A DNA stretch of 62,784 nt, filler included, from Rhabdomonas costata (taxonomy: Eukaryota), in assembly GCA_019059605.1 (NCBI GenBank). It is 45 parts of 45 records of this genome, joined end to end, with 100 filler letters (N's around TTAATTAATTAA, not from the genome) between each part and the next. Parts side by side here need not be neighbours in the genome. Positions count along the whole stretch, not along the records: positions 1 to 1,298 come from JAHMHO010020183.1; positions 1,399 to 2,695 come from JAHMHO010020184.1; positions 2,796 to 4,093 come from JAHMHO010020185.1; positions 4,194 to 5,486 come from JAHMHO010020186.1; positions 5,587 to 6,883 come from JAHMHO010020187.1; positions 6,984 to 8,281 come from JAHMHO010020188.1; positions 8,382 to 9,678 come from JAHMHO010020189.1; positions 9,779 to 11,076 come from JAHMHO010020190.1; 37 more parts are not named here. One strand, written 5' to 3'. Shown piece after piece: positions 1 through 12,047 of the stretch. The notes under the pieces were generated by a model, which was not told the origin of the DNA, ran no database searches, and saw only the letters and a program-made list of their open reading frames with translations. Position 1 is the stretch's first letter, and each line of letters opens with the position of its first letter. The position numbers and the translations under genes were made by a program.

Positions 1-145
1 GTTTTTGGGGACCATACACAATCTTCTTAGATGTTCACTTACACACTCAGCAGATTGTGTATGGTCTCCACGAACTGAAACACACACAAGCGGAACGCTG
101 CGAGCCCGTGAGGGCGATAATGCAACGGGCTGGGAGGAGGCGTAC

Positions 146-733
146 CTTTCGGAGCTGCTCAGGATCACTTACACTGAAGCTTCGGGAAGGCTCCCGTGGG
201 GTTCCACCCCCTGAGAGCCCAGCCGCTGGGAGCAGCCTGGGGCTCACCAACAAAAGCACAGCCCCGATGTCCACTGCCATGTGAGCGTCATAGGCCTGCA
301 GTCGGAGGAAGAGAAGATACGCGGGGTTATTGCTGTTCCCCGGAATGACCGAGCCCCACCCACTCAGGACTTGAGGTTGACTACGCATCTTTACAGAAGC
401 GGAAATCAATGCAAACGAAGTTATCAACTTACCCCGCATCCATCGCAGTCAGTCTTGCAGACTCAGCAGATCTGCCTCCCCATGCAGCCCCGACGGCCCT
501 CCTCTCTCGCCAATTTAAAACAAACCCCTTGGCCGAGGGGCTGTGAATCGGGACGATTTGAAGACGTGTTGCATACAAAGGTAAGTTGTAAGACAGGAGA
601 GGGGATGGGGATGATGTACCTGGCCAAACAGGAACACCGTGATGGTCTGGCCCTCCATGTCAGAGAGCTTGAACAGAATGTACTTCCCGCCGTTGCTACC
701 CACTCTGGTCTCCGACTTTGACAGAAGAACTCC
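146..733 (-). CDS. MCM10: MCM10 replication factor, OB-fold region (exons 733-620 and 295-146; a probable further exon ends at 786)
   Basis: Spliced GVLLSKSETRVGSNGGKYILFKLSDMEGQTITVFLFGQ|AYDAHMAVDIGAVLLLVSPRLLP...SFSVSDPEQLRK matches the MCM10 pattern (GV...K...G..F.I.KL.DL.....LFLFG.A.....G.V..I.N); phase-0 GT-AG intron 619-296. Confidence 0.8.
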
Positions 734-1298
734 CTGAGGGAAGGTTATCAAAATCCGAGGTGCACGACAACTTGTCTTCCCGCGCCATGCCGAGCAGCCA
801 TTGCTCATCGTGCAGGCCTCCATGTGTGGCAAAGTCGTGGCGTGAGACCTCTCAGATCAAACTACGAAGCACAAGGAGAGCAGTGAGAGACGCCAGGGTG
901 AAAAATGCCAGGCAAGAAGATTGTGTCCATTGTAGGGGTGCTGGGAGCTGACCGAAAAGCTCCCTCCGTGCAGTCGTGGGGCAGCAAATGACAATGGGCG
1001 AGCAGGGGAGGGGAGAACTCCCGCTGAAAAGGGCAGAGAAGACCCAAACGCGGAGCGAACTCCGAACGCGGAGCCACTAAGTCACCGGGTGTCATTCCCA
1101 ACGCACAGGTCTCAAACACTCGAAACAGAGCAAACCATAGTGGCCCAGCTGTGGCCCTCTCCGGCGCCCTCCGCCAGCTTGGCCAGGTTACGCTCAAGTG
1201 CAGCGAGCCTGGAAAAAAGTTCCCAAAGACCAAATCCAAAAAACGAAAACGAAACGCAGGTGTGGGATAATGTTGTGCACGTGTCCAACTTCGATGGC

Positions 1299-1398
1299 NN
1301 NNNNNNNNNNNNNNNNNNNNNNNNNNNNNNNNNNNNNNNNNNTTAATTAATTAANNNNNNNNNNNNNNNNNNNNNNNNNNNNNNNNNNNNNNNNNNNN
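1299..1398. other. Artificial contig linker (44 N + TTAATTAATTAA + 44 N); 44 copies spaced about 1398 nt apart through the window
   Basis: Identical spacer with stop codons in all six frames recurs at 1299, 2696, 4094 ... 61388; flanking sequences are unrelated to each other. Confidence 0.99.
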
Positions 1399-1414
1399 GT
1401 TTGTGTGTTCGCAG

Positions 1415-2622
1415 GATGCTTCCGGGGTGGTGCCCTTGGCCGTGGCCATGGCCGCCCACAACGACCGCGCCTGTGCTTTGCTGGCCGAGCCCACCTTCGC
1501 CTGCAAGGCCATGCACCCCAACCACATCGTTGACCCCCCCACGGGCACCACGCCGCTGCACGAGGCTGCGAAGTATAATATGGCGGAGTTCATCATCGTC
1601 TTGCTGAAACTTGGAGCCGAAGTCAATGTCCAGGTGTGTTTTGCTGCAGCAGGGCTGGATAATGGAACGAAATTGGGAAAGTCATCGCAGTCAGAAAAAC
1701 AACAGAGTGGAGGAGAAGCACAACCAGATTGGTGAATTTGACATAAAATATGAGGGAAAACGCAATCGTCACAATTAATGGTCATAGCATGGCTCGCTTT
1801 ATCCGAGAAAAAGCAAAAAGAAGGGAAGCACGAGAAGTTGAGGAGTCAGTTTATGGCGTTTGGATCGCAAAAGACATGCTTGACGGAACGGGCAATGAAC
1901 GGCATAAGGAGAAAGAAGTAACCTGCCCATTCAGGACCTAAGTATACCTGCACATTCAGGAACTCTCTGACTGTATCCTCGGCAGCGTCGGAAAATACCA
2001 AGAACGCAGCACCCACTCCTTCGCTGCTTCGCAGGATTATTTTGGGGTGGAGCATAGAGCTAACATCCCCTGCTGAACCTCCGGCTGAAGCCACGTAGCC
2101 GTTGGACCAAACATCTATTTGTTTGAGTTCGGATTCCTCTGAATGTGAACGACGTGATTCATTTGGTTATGCATGTGGGCACATGCCTATGAGCAGTGCA
2201 TGTCTTGTGATTTTCTTTGCATTTGTGGTACTGCTTTGCATCGGACCTGTGCATCTTTGCATTGCCGACAGCTGCTACAGACGAGAGGTCCGCACGGCCT
2301 GACTGTTCACACCTCCGGCGATACCTGTGGCATTCTCCCTCTGTCCTTACGCTTTCTGTCGATGTCTCTTTCTATGTGAATACCGTTTGAATAGGCATCT
2401 GTGCTTATCTAAGTTGTGTTCCTTAAATGAATGCGTACTTGACTGCACCTACGCCCAATACTGAATTTTTCTGTCTTTGTATTGACACACTCATAGGACT
2501 CCTCGGGGCGCACCCCCTTCGACATTGCGGTCGAGATGTTCGAGTGGAGGCAGGCCCCCCCTGCGATTGTTGAGATGGTAAAGGCCCTTCGGGATTCCGG
2601 GGTGGTGGCCCGTGCAGTGCAG
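1415..2622 (+). CDS. Ankyrin-repeat protein (exons 1415-1633, 2497-2622)
   Basis: GTTPLHEAAKYNMAEFIIVLLKLGAEVNVQ|DSSGRTPFDIA is a canonical ankyrin repeat joined across a phase-0 GT-AG intron. Confidence 0.85.
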
Positions 2623-3138
2623 GTCGCTGCAGCCGTCTCTCCTCTTCGCTCTCCAACATTGGAGAACCAAATTCCCTTTCCTTGCCCCAAACCCCNNNNN
2701 NNNNNNNNNNNNNNNNNNNNNNNNNNNNNNNNNNNNNNNTTAATTAATTAANNNNNNNNNNNNNNNNNNNNNNNNNNNNNNNNNNNNNNNNNNNNTTTTG
2801 TGTGGGCACACCTTTTGCGAGGTAGGCGAGAGCCATACGCTTGTGACAGGGAGGGGTCGGGAGGGCGCGAGGCTTTGGCCTCACTCCTCTCTCAAGAAAA
2901 TGCAGTGGTGAAAATGAAAATGGTGGTTAGGGCAGTGATTTGAGTTCTTTCGAACATGGGCTGGAGGCAAGGCGTACACCAGTGAGGGAAAGAATCGATC
3001 AAAGGAAGAACCACTAGCCAGTAGCGGATTGTGCGGACACGAAAGGGAAAGTGGTAGCATCCTGTTGCACCCTGAGCATGGTAACTTTCCTTAGTCTCTG
3101 AGGGGATTTTCGGGTGGGTTTTTTTTTGCGGGCTGCAG

Positions 3139-4093
3139 ACCTGCTTGGAGGCAATGCGACGGGGCACCACCGTGATCTGCTCGTCGTGCAGCGCGTCCAC
3201 CACGATGGACGGCTCCAGCGTGAAGACGCTGCCCAAGAACTATGCCCTGGAGACCCTCCACTCGGGTCAGTTCTTTCGTCCTTTGTAACATTGGAGCACA
3301 GGGTTGAGATGAGTGCAAATGTGTTCCACGGGAAAAGGTTACGAGTTCTAATACTAGATGATTGGAGCTAAGCGTTGAGATGAGGACTAATTCCTTCCCA
3401 GTTTAGCAGTTCTAGAAAAGCTTATCGGAGGTGACCGCTGTTTCCACCTCTCTTTCCACGGCACCCAGTGGCCTAGGTCCCGGTCCCTGGTCTTTTCCTT
3501 CCGCTCTCGAAAGTCTATTTCCACCGACCGCCATAGCTCGAGTACACTGAACCGGGCATTGGGCTTCACCTTCTTTATCAGGGGGGGGGGTTGCAATGCT
3601 CTTCAGGGGTGATGACGAGGTCCAGCTTTGTGAATCGCTCGATGACATGCCCGATTTGCTGCGAGATGTACGACGCCAGCCGTGCCCCGCGTGTGCTGCA
3701 CTGTGGGCACACGTTTTGTGACCAGTGCCTTGCGAACTGCCTGTTCAACTCGCAGATTTACTGCCCAAACAGGCATGCTGGTGTAACCGGGTGGGGACTC
3801 TTCCCGCTTGCGTTTGCACGTGCAGGAGGCTCCACGTCCAGCTCTTCATTTCGCTAGAGAAAATGGGTGTCCTAACTTCCACGCCTTCTTCAGGATACAG
3901 GAGAACTGCGGGTACCTAGACTGCTATCGAAAGGACAATTGTCGGACAAGTGTCCAGGATGCAACTTATGGACCGAGCAATCCACCCCTTCACCTTCCTC
4001 CCCCACCTAGGTGTCACATCACCACTCCAGCGGATCAGGCCGACCCTCACGGTGGGCCCCCGATCAACGCCGCCCTGGTCTCCGTGCTTAATT
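3139..4093 (+). CDS. Protein with two tandem RING-HC zinc fingers (exons 3139-3265, 3607-3772, 4011->4093)
   Basis: TCLEAM...CSSC...LPKNYAL (end of RING1), then CPICCEMY...PRVLHCGHTFCDQCL...CPNR|CHITT...PINAAL (RING2); splice phases are compatible; the second intron needs a GC donor. Confidence 0.85.
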
Positions 4094-5586
4094 NNNNNNN
4101 NNNNNNNNNNNNNNNNNNNNNNNNNNNNNNNNNNNNNTTAATTAATTAANNNNNNNNNNNNNNNNNNNNNNNNNNNNNNNNNNNNNNNNNNNNGTTTCTG
4201 AGAAGCTGAAAAGGAACCTCTGTTCCCCAATGATCCGGGGGTTTGTTGTTTCACGTTTCTTGGTCTCATGTCTCCGTTTTGATGTGAGCGGGTCATATTG
4301 CACTCGCTGACCGATTCCCCTTCTAATCTGAAAGCCGCTCATTTTGCAGGTGCAGTGCTTCTTCCCAAAACTGGCTGAAGCTCCCAATCACCACCACACC
4401 ACCCAACAGAAAACAGAGAAGAATGCGTATCACACCAAATGGGTGCAGCAATAAGTTTACAAAAAGGAAAAACAAACAGCTCCAGCACTTTCTGCCTCAA
4501 AACTCCAGTCACGCCCTCATGGGTGTCGGCCCTCTCATTGTCTCGACTTCTCCTCTGGCAAACTATGCATACACACATCGACCCCACTTGCGTTGGGGGG
4601 GGGGGGAACTGGTAAGGCGCGAGAAGACCGCGAAGGAAAGAGGCCGAGAAGCACATACTTGGGCAGCTCTCCTCGAATCTGTAAATTATGCGTATGTCTG
4701 AAGCGAAGACGCCCTGTGGATGCTGCGGTGCAGGAATACAAGAGCTTTCCAGGTTGTGGAAGAAGGAGGACAACGACCAGTGGGAACGGATGGGCAGAGT
4801 GAAGATGTGCGGAGGGGGGGGGGTCAATAAGTACAGCGAAGATAAAAAACATGCGTGCGGCAAGGGGGATGAATGTAATACCACCCCTTCTCCATAGAAC
4901 TGTTGGATACACTTTTCGCTCCAGTTTTCGGGAACGGAGCACAAGAAAGTTGTGCGCAGGCGGGGGGGTGGGCGGAGAGGATGGAAAAGAATCGGATCTT
5001 CACACGGGTGTGTGTGCGCGACGTTGTGAAGGTGGCCGAGTGGGAGGGCAGTGCAGCTCACGAAGGCACGGATGGGGCAGGAAGCGGGTCGAAGGCGGGT
5101 GCCTTCCCTCACTGTATTTACACCATGGGCTGCGCAGAGGCTCGCCGGGAGGAAGGTTTCACCTGAAAAAAATGGCGCAGAGAAAAAAAAAGGAAACTTC
5201 GCGACCAAAAGCAGCGCCATAAGAATGGAAGGCACGATTAAGAGGGAAGTGTGTGTGCTGTATTTATCACAAGTGGTAGGTGAGAAACGCCCAAAACCCA
5301 GAAACACTCGGCAGTCGGCTTCATGGCAGAGATGATCCACAGGTCTTAAACAGTTTTAAAGGGAAGAGGTGAGGAGGGGAGAGCAAACCAAGAGCGAACG
5401 AGGACTGCTCTGCCCCTCGACACACAAACACACATCGGGGGCGGGGGGTCACCCTCTTCCGCAGGCTTTCCATCCTCCACCACAACNNNNNNNNNNNNNN
5501 NNNNNNNNNNNNNNNNNNNNNNNNNNNNNNTTAATTAATTAANNNNNNNNNNNNNNNNNNNNNNNNNNNNNNNNNNNNNNNNNNNN

Positions 5587-6883
5587 TTTTGGTTGGGCCA
5601 TCCTCCTTCCCGCAGCGCTCAGCTCGTTGAACTGGGTTTCTGATGCCATCTCCTTCACCCGAGTCATGCGGGACTCCAGCGGTACGAACGCGGTGCTGGT
5701 GTCGCACAGCCCGGTGATGTTCCAGGTGCAGAACCCCGAAGAAGGGCAGGCCCTGCACATCTGCCGCTTCGAGCCCTCCGACCCGACATGCTACGCCACG
5801 GCATCGGTGCAGCCACCGCAGGGCAACACCACGCTGTACACCATCAACAGCCCGCAGACGTCGTTCTTTGTGGCTTACGGTGCGCGTCGACCAGTGTTCT
5901 CCTGCCCTCCCAGCCCCATGTTCTGAGCTGTCTTATAAACCCAGAGTCGGTGGTCTTCTTTGTTTATGAGGTTTTGACCATTTCGACTGAACTTATCGAC
6001 CTTGATCGATCTGAGCATCTCTCACTGTGGATAATAGCTCTTTATGTTCTTCTCTGGTGCTGTTTGCGTCGCTGGGATTGCATTCGTTGGGTGGTGGAGG
6101 TGTTGTGCTTGCGGTAAAAGATAAAGCTCCCGGCCGCATGGGAAGTATCAGTAATTTCCTTTATAATGAAAAGTGAATGCTGACCTAGACACAGTGACTG
6201 CCGTCTTTCGCTGACCTGAGATGACCGTGCTGCATGCTCAGAGACCTGTTGCGTGCGGGAGAAGGTCTGACCTTTCTCCGCTGGCAGCATGGGCGGGAAC
6301 TTGCTTTGCTGTGTGTTGTTTGTTGCACAGTGTTCCCCACATGCCGTTCCGTGGGCTACCAATGCCCCTCTGCTGACTACACTCCCAGAAGCGGGAACAC
6401 GGAGTGCATTTCAGGGCCCTGCTCCAGGACTGACTGCTGCATTGGTACTGCGCCTTCTGATGCCGCTCCTGTTCGCGAATCACTCTTCACAGATCCTGAA
6501 TCTGTTTTGGGTAAGGTTCCTTTGCCTCGTGGACCTTCAGGACGGCGCACGCACTCCCTCGTATTGTGTCGACTTTCCTGCATTCTGCTTTGTATTGTGT
6601 TGCTGTTTTCTTTTTTTAACCTCCCCCTCCCCATTTTTTGCGCCCCTCTCCTAATATGTGTGCTGTCGTGTTTGCCATTTGGTCTCCTGCCTCCCTTTTT
6701 TTCTTCAATTTATTGTGAATCGAAAAGCGCGTGTTTTGATTTGGTCACAACTGTTACTGTGGACTGGTGGAGTGGGTCGTCATTGTGTTGCTTTGGTTTG
6801 CTTTGTTTTGGTTTTCTTTGGTTGGTGGGCATCGGCCGCAGGCAACCCCACCTGTGGTAGCTCTGGCTTCGTTACCACACACC
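5587..6883 (+). CDS. Probable secreted/surface protein with Cys-rich PTCxSxG[YF]xC...CC modules (exons <5587-5879, 6331-6444, 6842->6883)
   Basis: High-GC3 open exon, then VFPTCRSVGYQCPS...CISGPCSRTDCCI|GNPTCGSSGFV; both introns are phase-1 GT-AG. Confidence 0.65.
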
Positions 6884-8418
6884 NNNNNNNNNNNNNNNNN
6901 NNNNNNNNNNNNNNNNNNNNNNNNNNNTTAATTAATTAANNNNNNNNNNNNNNNNNNNNNNNNNNNNNNNNNNNNNNNNNNNNTGTGGGGTGTTCTGTGG
7001 ACATTTCTTAGCTTTTAGTTGTCCAATCTGATTAAGAGCCTTGCTCTCTGCAGAATTTGTACGTAAAATGCGTGGACGTTTTTGTCATATGTGCGCAATT
7101 CTGTGATCCCCAATTCTGTGATTTTGTGTATTCGCTGTATCTATGCTCTTTGGCGTATCAATAATGCTCGTCCTGTCACTGATATGGATGGAGAAACGTT
7201 TTGAGCCTTAATGTTTTGCGTTGGGTCCATTCTTCTTGACGCACCGTATGTACAACTTACCTGATATATGTGTAAACACAGCGCTTGTAGTAGACACTTG
7301 CTGGATGTGAATATGAAGTCATGTGTACAGAAGGTAGTTTATTAGTATTTCAGTGACGTTAACATGTAAATTCACTTGCTAACGCCAATCTATTACGTTG
7401 TAGTATATGGGAATCTCGCGGTAATTATAGAAAAGGTAATCATTTCATCTTTGCAGACATTATGTAATATTTGATATACGAGTTCACAAGTGGTGCAGTT
7501 TGGTAGTTCTAAAGCTATTAACACGCAAAAAGTAAGACAATAGTGCGTAAAGAATTTCAATATGACGTTTTTTACGGTGACATTCAAACGGTGGCTTTTT
7601 TGTGGTTTGATATTCTGTTTTTACCGTAATTTATTAATTTAAAATGCTAAATAATTATTCTGTGTGTAGTTGTTTGGTAAATACCTCCTCAGTCATTACA
7701 GCATGCTTACTAATAGTTGCAGTGAAAACAAAACTATGTTATATCTGATAACCTGTCATGGTGTAGATAATAGTACATGACCGCTTATTCGCGACTTGGG
7801 AAATAGTAATCACTAACAGTGTGTGTTGTTAATTAACGGTATTATCAATTTTGCATACAAAATTTATCAGCCTTCAGTTCATCTTGTATTTTCGCAGATC
7901 GGTTGATAAAGTAAAAAAGATTCAGATTAAGAAAACATTATACTGGAAGTGACACATGATGGTAAGTGGACTGTGACAGCAGAGTGTATGATATTGTGAC
8001 GGAGTAGATTGGCCGTTTCAATGAAGCTTATGGCGCAGTGCTGCCGCATCACCAGATGGTTTAAAGAAGCAATAAGAGATACATGAGATGAGCAGTAAAT
8101 TGAGCACAAGAACGTGAAGCAGAGAAAATGAAATGTTACATTAATTTTAAATTCAAACTTTGAACTTAAGTTTCTGTGACTATAAGTGGAATTCATAGCT
8201 AGTATGGAAGAATTTTCTAGTTAGCGTTTGCGTTTTTCTGTTTGAAATCGGAATTGATTTCAATTTCAGGCACCAAAACCCNNNNNNNNNNNNNNNNNNN
8301 NNNNNNNNNNNNNNNNNNNNNNNNNTTAATTAATTAANNNNNNNNNNNNNNNNNNNNNNNNNNNNNNNNNNNNNNNNNNNNGGGGTGGTTGGGGACTTTA
8401 CGGGTCCATCTCCACCGG

Positions 8419-8890
8419 TCAAGAGTCCGGCTCATCGCCGGGAAATGGTGACACCCACAGGCCCCCGGCCTGCGAATAAGCTGCCCCTAGCTGCCGAGCC
8501 ACCGCTTTGCGGAGTGCGACTGCGACTCTCTGCCAGCATTGTTGTTGGAGTTGACCTGGAAACCTCGTGTCGCTATCGCTCACGAAGCGCTTCGCATACC
8601 GTGAGAAGAGCTGAGCCAGAAACCGCTCGCCCTCTTGGCCGTACGCTCCGAAAGTGTCTGCAGCCACGGGAACAAACTCGAGCCCTGCCTGGGCGCATGG
8701 ACCATCTGACTTGTTGTGCTTCGCCGCTTCTGCTTTATCAACGGCCGGGTGGCGTGTATCCCACTGGTGTGAAGGATTCAGGCTGTGTATGACGGTTGGA
8801 TCAACAGCGGTATCTCGCCCGCGAGTCCAATGTGACAGCAGGATGTCCGCCGGCCGTTCCCGGCCCTGAACCTGGACTTCTGTGTCCACG
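8419..8890 (-). mobile_element. 3' end of a CRE-like non-LTR retrotransposon, restriction-like endonuclease (RLE) domain
   Basis: EVQVQGRERPADILL...AVDPTV...AEAAKHNK...FVPVAADTFGAYG...WQRVAVALRKAVA carries the RPAD/D/E..K RLE motifs. Confidence 0.85.
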
Positions 8891-9289
8891 AGAAGTGTAA
8901 ATTTCATTCATCAAGTTAACAAGTGAGCAAGGCAAGAGTAGAGCTGCTGAAGGTCCATCGTAACCAAATTGAAAAGCAGTAGCATGGGCGGCGTGGAACA
9001 TCATGAAAATAGTAGAGAGGTGGGAAGAAGGAGTAACACCAAAGCCTTGGGGAACAGAGCTCTCTCAGCGGAGCAAGAAGAACAAATGGGGAAAGAGAGT
9101 GCAAGATCGAGGGGGGGGGGACAAAAACGGCTAGAAGAACGACATTGGTGGAAAGTGGGTGGAAGGTCACTTCTAGGAAATTCAATCTATGCATGTATGT
9201 ATCTAAACTACAGGTGATAGGTTGAAAAGAAAAAACGCACACACAATACACACGCTCCCCTCCACCCGTTCGAAATCTAATGAGAGGGG

Positions 9290-9678
9290 AACCGAAGACT
9301 CCCCACGCCAACCGCGACCCCACAGCTCGCATCAGGGCCACTGACATGCGTCCCCACAGCTCTTTCTTACAGTCCCTGATTTTACAGCCCCTGCGAGCAG
9401 AGTATACGCGGAACAGCTTGTCCAGCACTTTCGTCGCTGCCGAGGACCAGCTTCCCGTCGTTTCCCCGACCAAAGCCGCGAACCCGTAGCCCGCCCGCTC
9501 CCACCCGCACCACTAAGCCGGCGGCCTCGGCGATGTTGGCCACAACGTCCCGCACCGTGTTGTGACGGGCGTAACGACCCAGCAGTTCGCATGTAAGATA
9601 GTGGTCACCTAGAACATCCACAAGACGACCACAACCGGGGCAATTGTGCTTGGAGGAATGCAGAGGGACTCCCACCCA
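9290..9678 (-). mobile_element. Second, divergent CRE-like retrotransposon 3' end with an internal deletion
   Basis: Zinc knuckle CPGCGRLVDVLGDHYLTC...RYARHNTVRDVV, then a frameshift to ERAGYGFAALVGETTGSW...LWGRMSVALMRAVG. Confidence 0.85.
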
Positions 9679-9810
9679 NNNNNNNNNNNNNNNNNNNNNN
9701 NNNNNNNNNNNNNNNNNNNNNNTTAATTAATTAANNNNNNNNNNNNNNNNNNNNNNNNNNNNNNNNNNNNNNNNNNNNGGTGGGGTGTGGGCTTCCACAC
9801 GCTTGTCCAG

Positions 9811-11038
9811 GACGAGGCTACGCTGATCTCTACCCACTCTGCGGTGATGCAAGCCACCAGCCAGGTTTGCAGTGCAAGCCCTGCCCTTTCCCCAGCCGAT
9901 ATTCGGATCACTACTACCATGTGAGCATTCGCGTTTCTTTTGTTCCACACATTGCTATCACCTTTCTCTGTTTCAAAGAAGCCTGGTACCACTTTGCTAT
10001 TTTTCCTCAGTGTATTCAGTCCAATGGGGGGCTCTCCACTCCCTTCGCCGGGGACAAGGTGCTGGCCTTCTGGAATGTCCGCACGGCACGCTCGGACCAC
10101 GCGGCGCGGTGCGTCACGGCGGCGCAGGAGCTGCTGCAGGTCACACAGAAGCTCGGCCTCGGCGTCCGCTTGGCATGCACCGGGGGGTATGTCTTTTTGT
10201 GTTTGTCTTTTTAGCTGTGTTTTTTTTTAGCCTTTTCTTGCTTGGCCAATGCTCGGTCTTTGCCTGTGCCGCCTTTTCTGAGTCCACGATAACAGGAGTT
10301 CAGTCATGCGCGCGCGGGCATTTCAGAGCGTACACCATTGGTTAAGCAAGCGGGCTGGGAGTGGACCGCAAGAACCACAGTTCCTCGTTCGCGCCAGTCA
10401 CACATCCACCAAGAGAAGGTGGAGGACTCTCTGCACAGCTTCGCCGTTGGAATGGGGGCTGAGATGATTTCCGCTTCTGCCGAGTCTCCTTCAGAGAAGA
10501 GGTGCAACAAAAGTACACTCAACTTGACCTCAGCTCTGAGGATTCCGGTGAAAGTACACGTGTAAATCTGGTTCTGCCGTGCTTCCGTGTTTCGGGGTGC
10601 AGGAGCTGGGCGTCGGTGGAGTCGGGTCGTGTGTGTATGTGTCAGTTTTTTCTGGCGCTTCCAAAGGATTCCGATTGGCAAAGGAAGGGAAAAGGGACCG
10701 ACGAAATGGGGTCGCGGCCGCTCCTCGGTGACCGCATGTGCTAATGGTGTTGGGCTGGGCTGCTTTTATGCTCTTTACCGTGTGGTGTGTGTTTTTGAAG
10801 CCGATATGTTTGTGTTGTTGTCAAGCAGTGGTAGCGATGGCTGGAAAAAGCAAATGCTTTCAATCGCGGTTTCGCGATTTGCAGTGCCAAATAGTTTCCC
10901 TTTTTAATCGCATCTCTGTGCAGGCCCGCCACCTTTGGGCCAATGGGCACGCAGACCCAGAGGGCGTTCACCATTGTGGGGCCGTGCGTGCCGCGAGGGC
11001 TGGTGCTGCAGAAGCTGGCGAAGCTAATCCCCTTCAAG
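9811..11038 (+). CDS. Class III adenylate/guanylate cyclase-like domain, probably degenerate (exons 9811-9864, 10011-10186, 10924-~11038)
   Basis: SNGGLSTPFAGDKVLAFWN...HAARCVTAA...GVRLACTG|GPATFGPMGTQTQRAFTIVGPCV follows the class III cyclase motif order; splice phases are compatible. Confidence 0.8.
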
Positions 11039-11825
11039 GCGTGCACCTCTCCTCCCATCCCATCCCACCCCACCCANNNNNNNNNNNNNNNNNNNNNNNN
11101 NNNNNNNNNNNNNNNNNNNNTTAATTAATTAANNNNNNNNNNNNNNNNNNNNNNNNNNNNNNNNNNNNNNNNNNNNGTCAGGCACGGGAGTAGAAAAGGA
11201 CGAGAGGGGTGGGGGGCACTGGAGCGAAAGCAGGCAGCGGGGCCTCGAAGCCGATGGAACCGCTCAGCATAAAGGAAGGCAAAGGCCCAAACCACGACGG
11301 ATGAGAGGCCATCAGAGATGAACAGCTGCAGCGAAAAGAGACTTTAAGGAGCGGCTTGCATAGTTATCTTGCACATGGTCGGGTGCGCCATCCCGAAACT
11401 CGAGGATGAAGAGTACTTGTTTTTGTGTCACGTGGACACGATTAATTACCTTTCATTTAAGCGCCCCCTAAACACACACGCACCTCCGGTTATACCCGAA
11501 GAAGACATGCGCTAAGAGTGCTTACAGCGGAATTAGCATAGCACTGTTCGGCAGCCCACCATCCAGGATGGCTTAGGGTGAGCAGTTGCAGCACATTAAC
11601 TCTAGCATAAAGTTACTGCACAGCAGCCCCAATTGAACACGACGTCATTTGGGGACCGGAGAGTCACACGTATTTACAAGCAGGAATTGAGGAACGGAAA
11701 ATGGTGTAGGGAGAGCTGAGAGAGAGAGCCTTCGCTGCCGGTTGACTGAAAAGGAAGAGCCTGATAACAGCGATGATAAAAGAAAAATTCCTGTGCGCGC
11801 AGCCCTAAGCCAAACCAAACCAAAC

Positions 11826-12047
11826 CTGGGTGACCTCACTGCCCTCGCAGTGCAGAGAGCGCATTTCGGAGATGTTCTGCACGCTGTGTGCGGCCAAGTC
11901 AGACCCCACGGAGTACAGCAGCTCCAGGGAGCCCCGTGACCGAGGGGAGGAGCTGCCCCGGCGAGGCGTACTTCCGGAGCCGCTACCCCCGGCCGAACCC
12001 CCGGGCATTCCCACGGCAACCCTCCCTCCGGTCCTCTCCGGTTCACT
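11826..12047 (-). CDS. Single internal exon, Gly/Ser-rich, unknown product
   Basis: 222-nt open GC-rich segment bounded by CAG and GTTTGG; no recognisable domain. Confidence 0.4.

Noticed and set aside
4339-5340. 333-aa ORF and similar long ORFs (6234-6860, 43272-44021, 50628-51413)
   Set aside because: Low-complexity read-through of introns or antisense shadows of real exons; no domain support.
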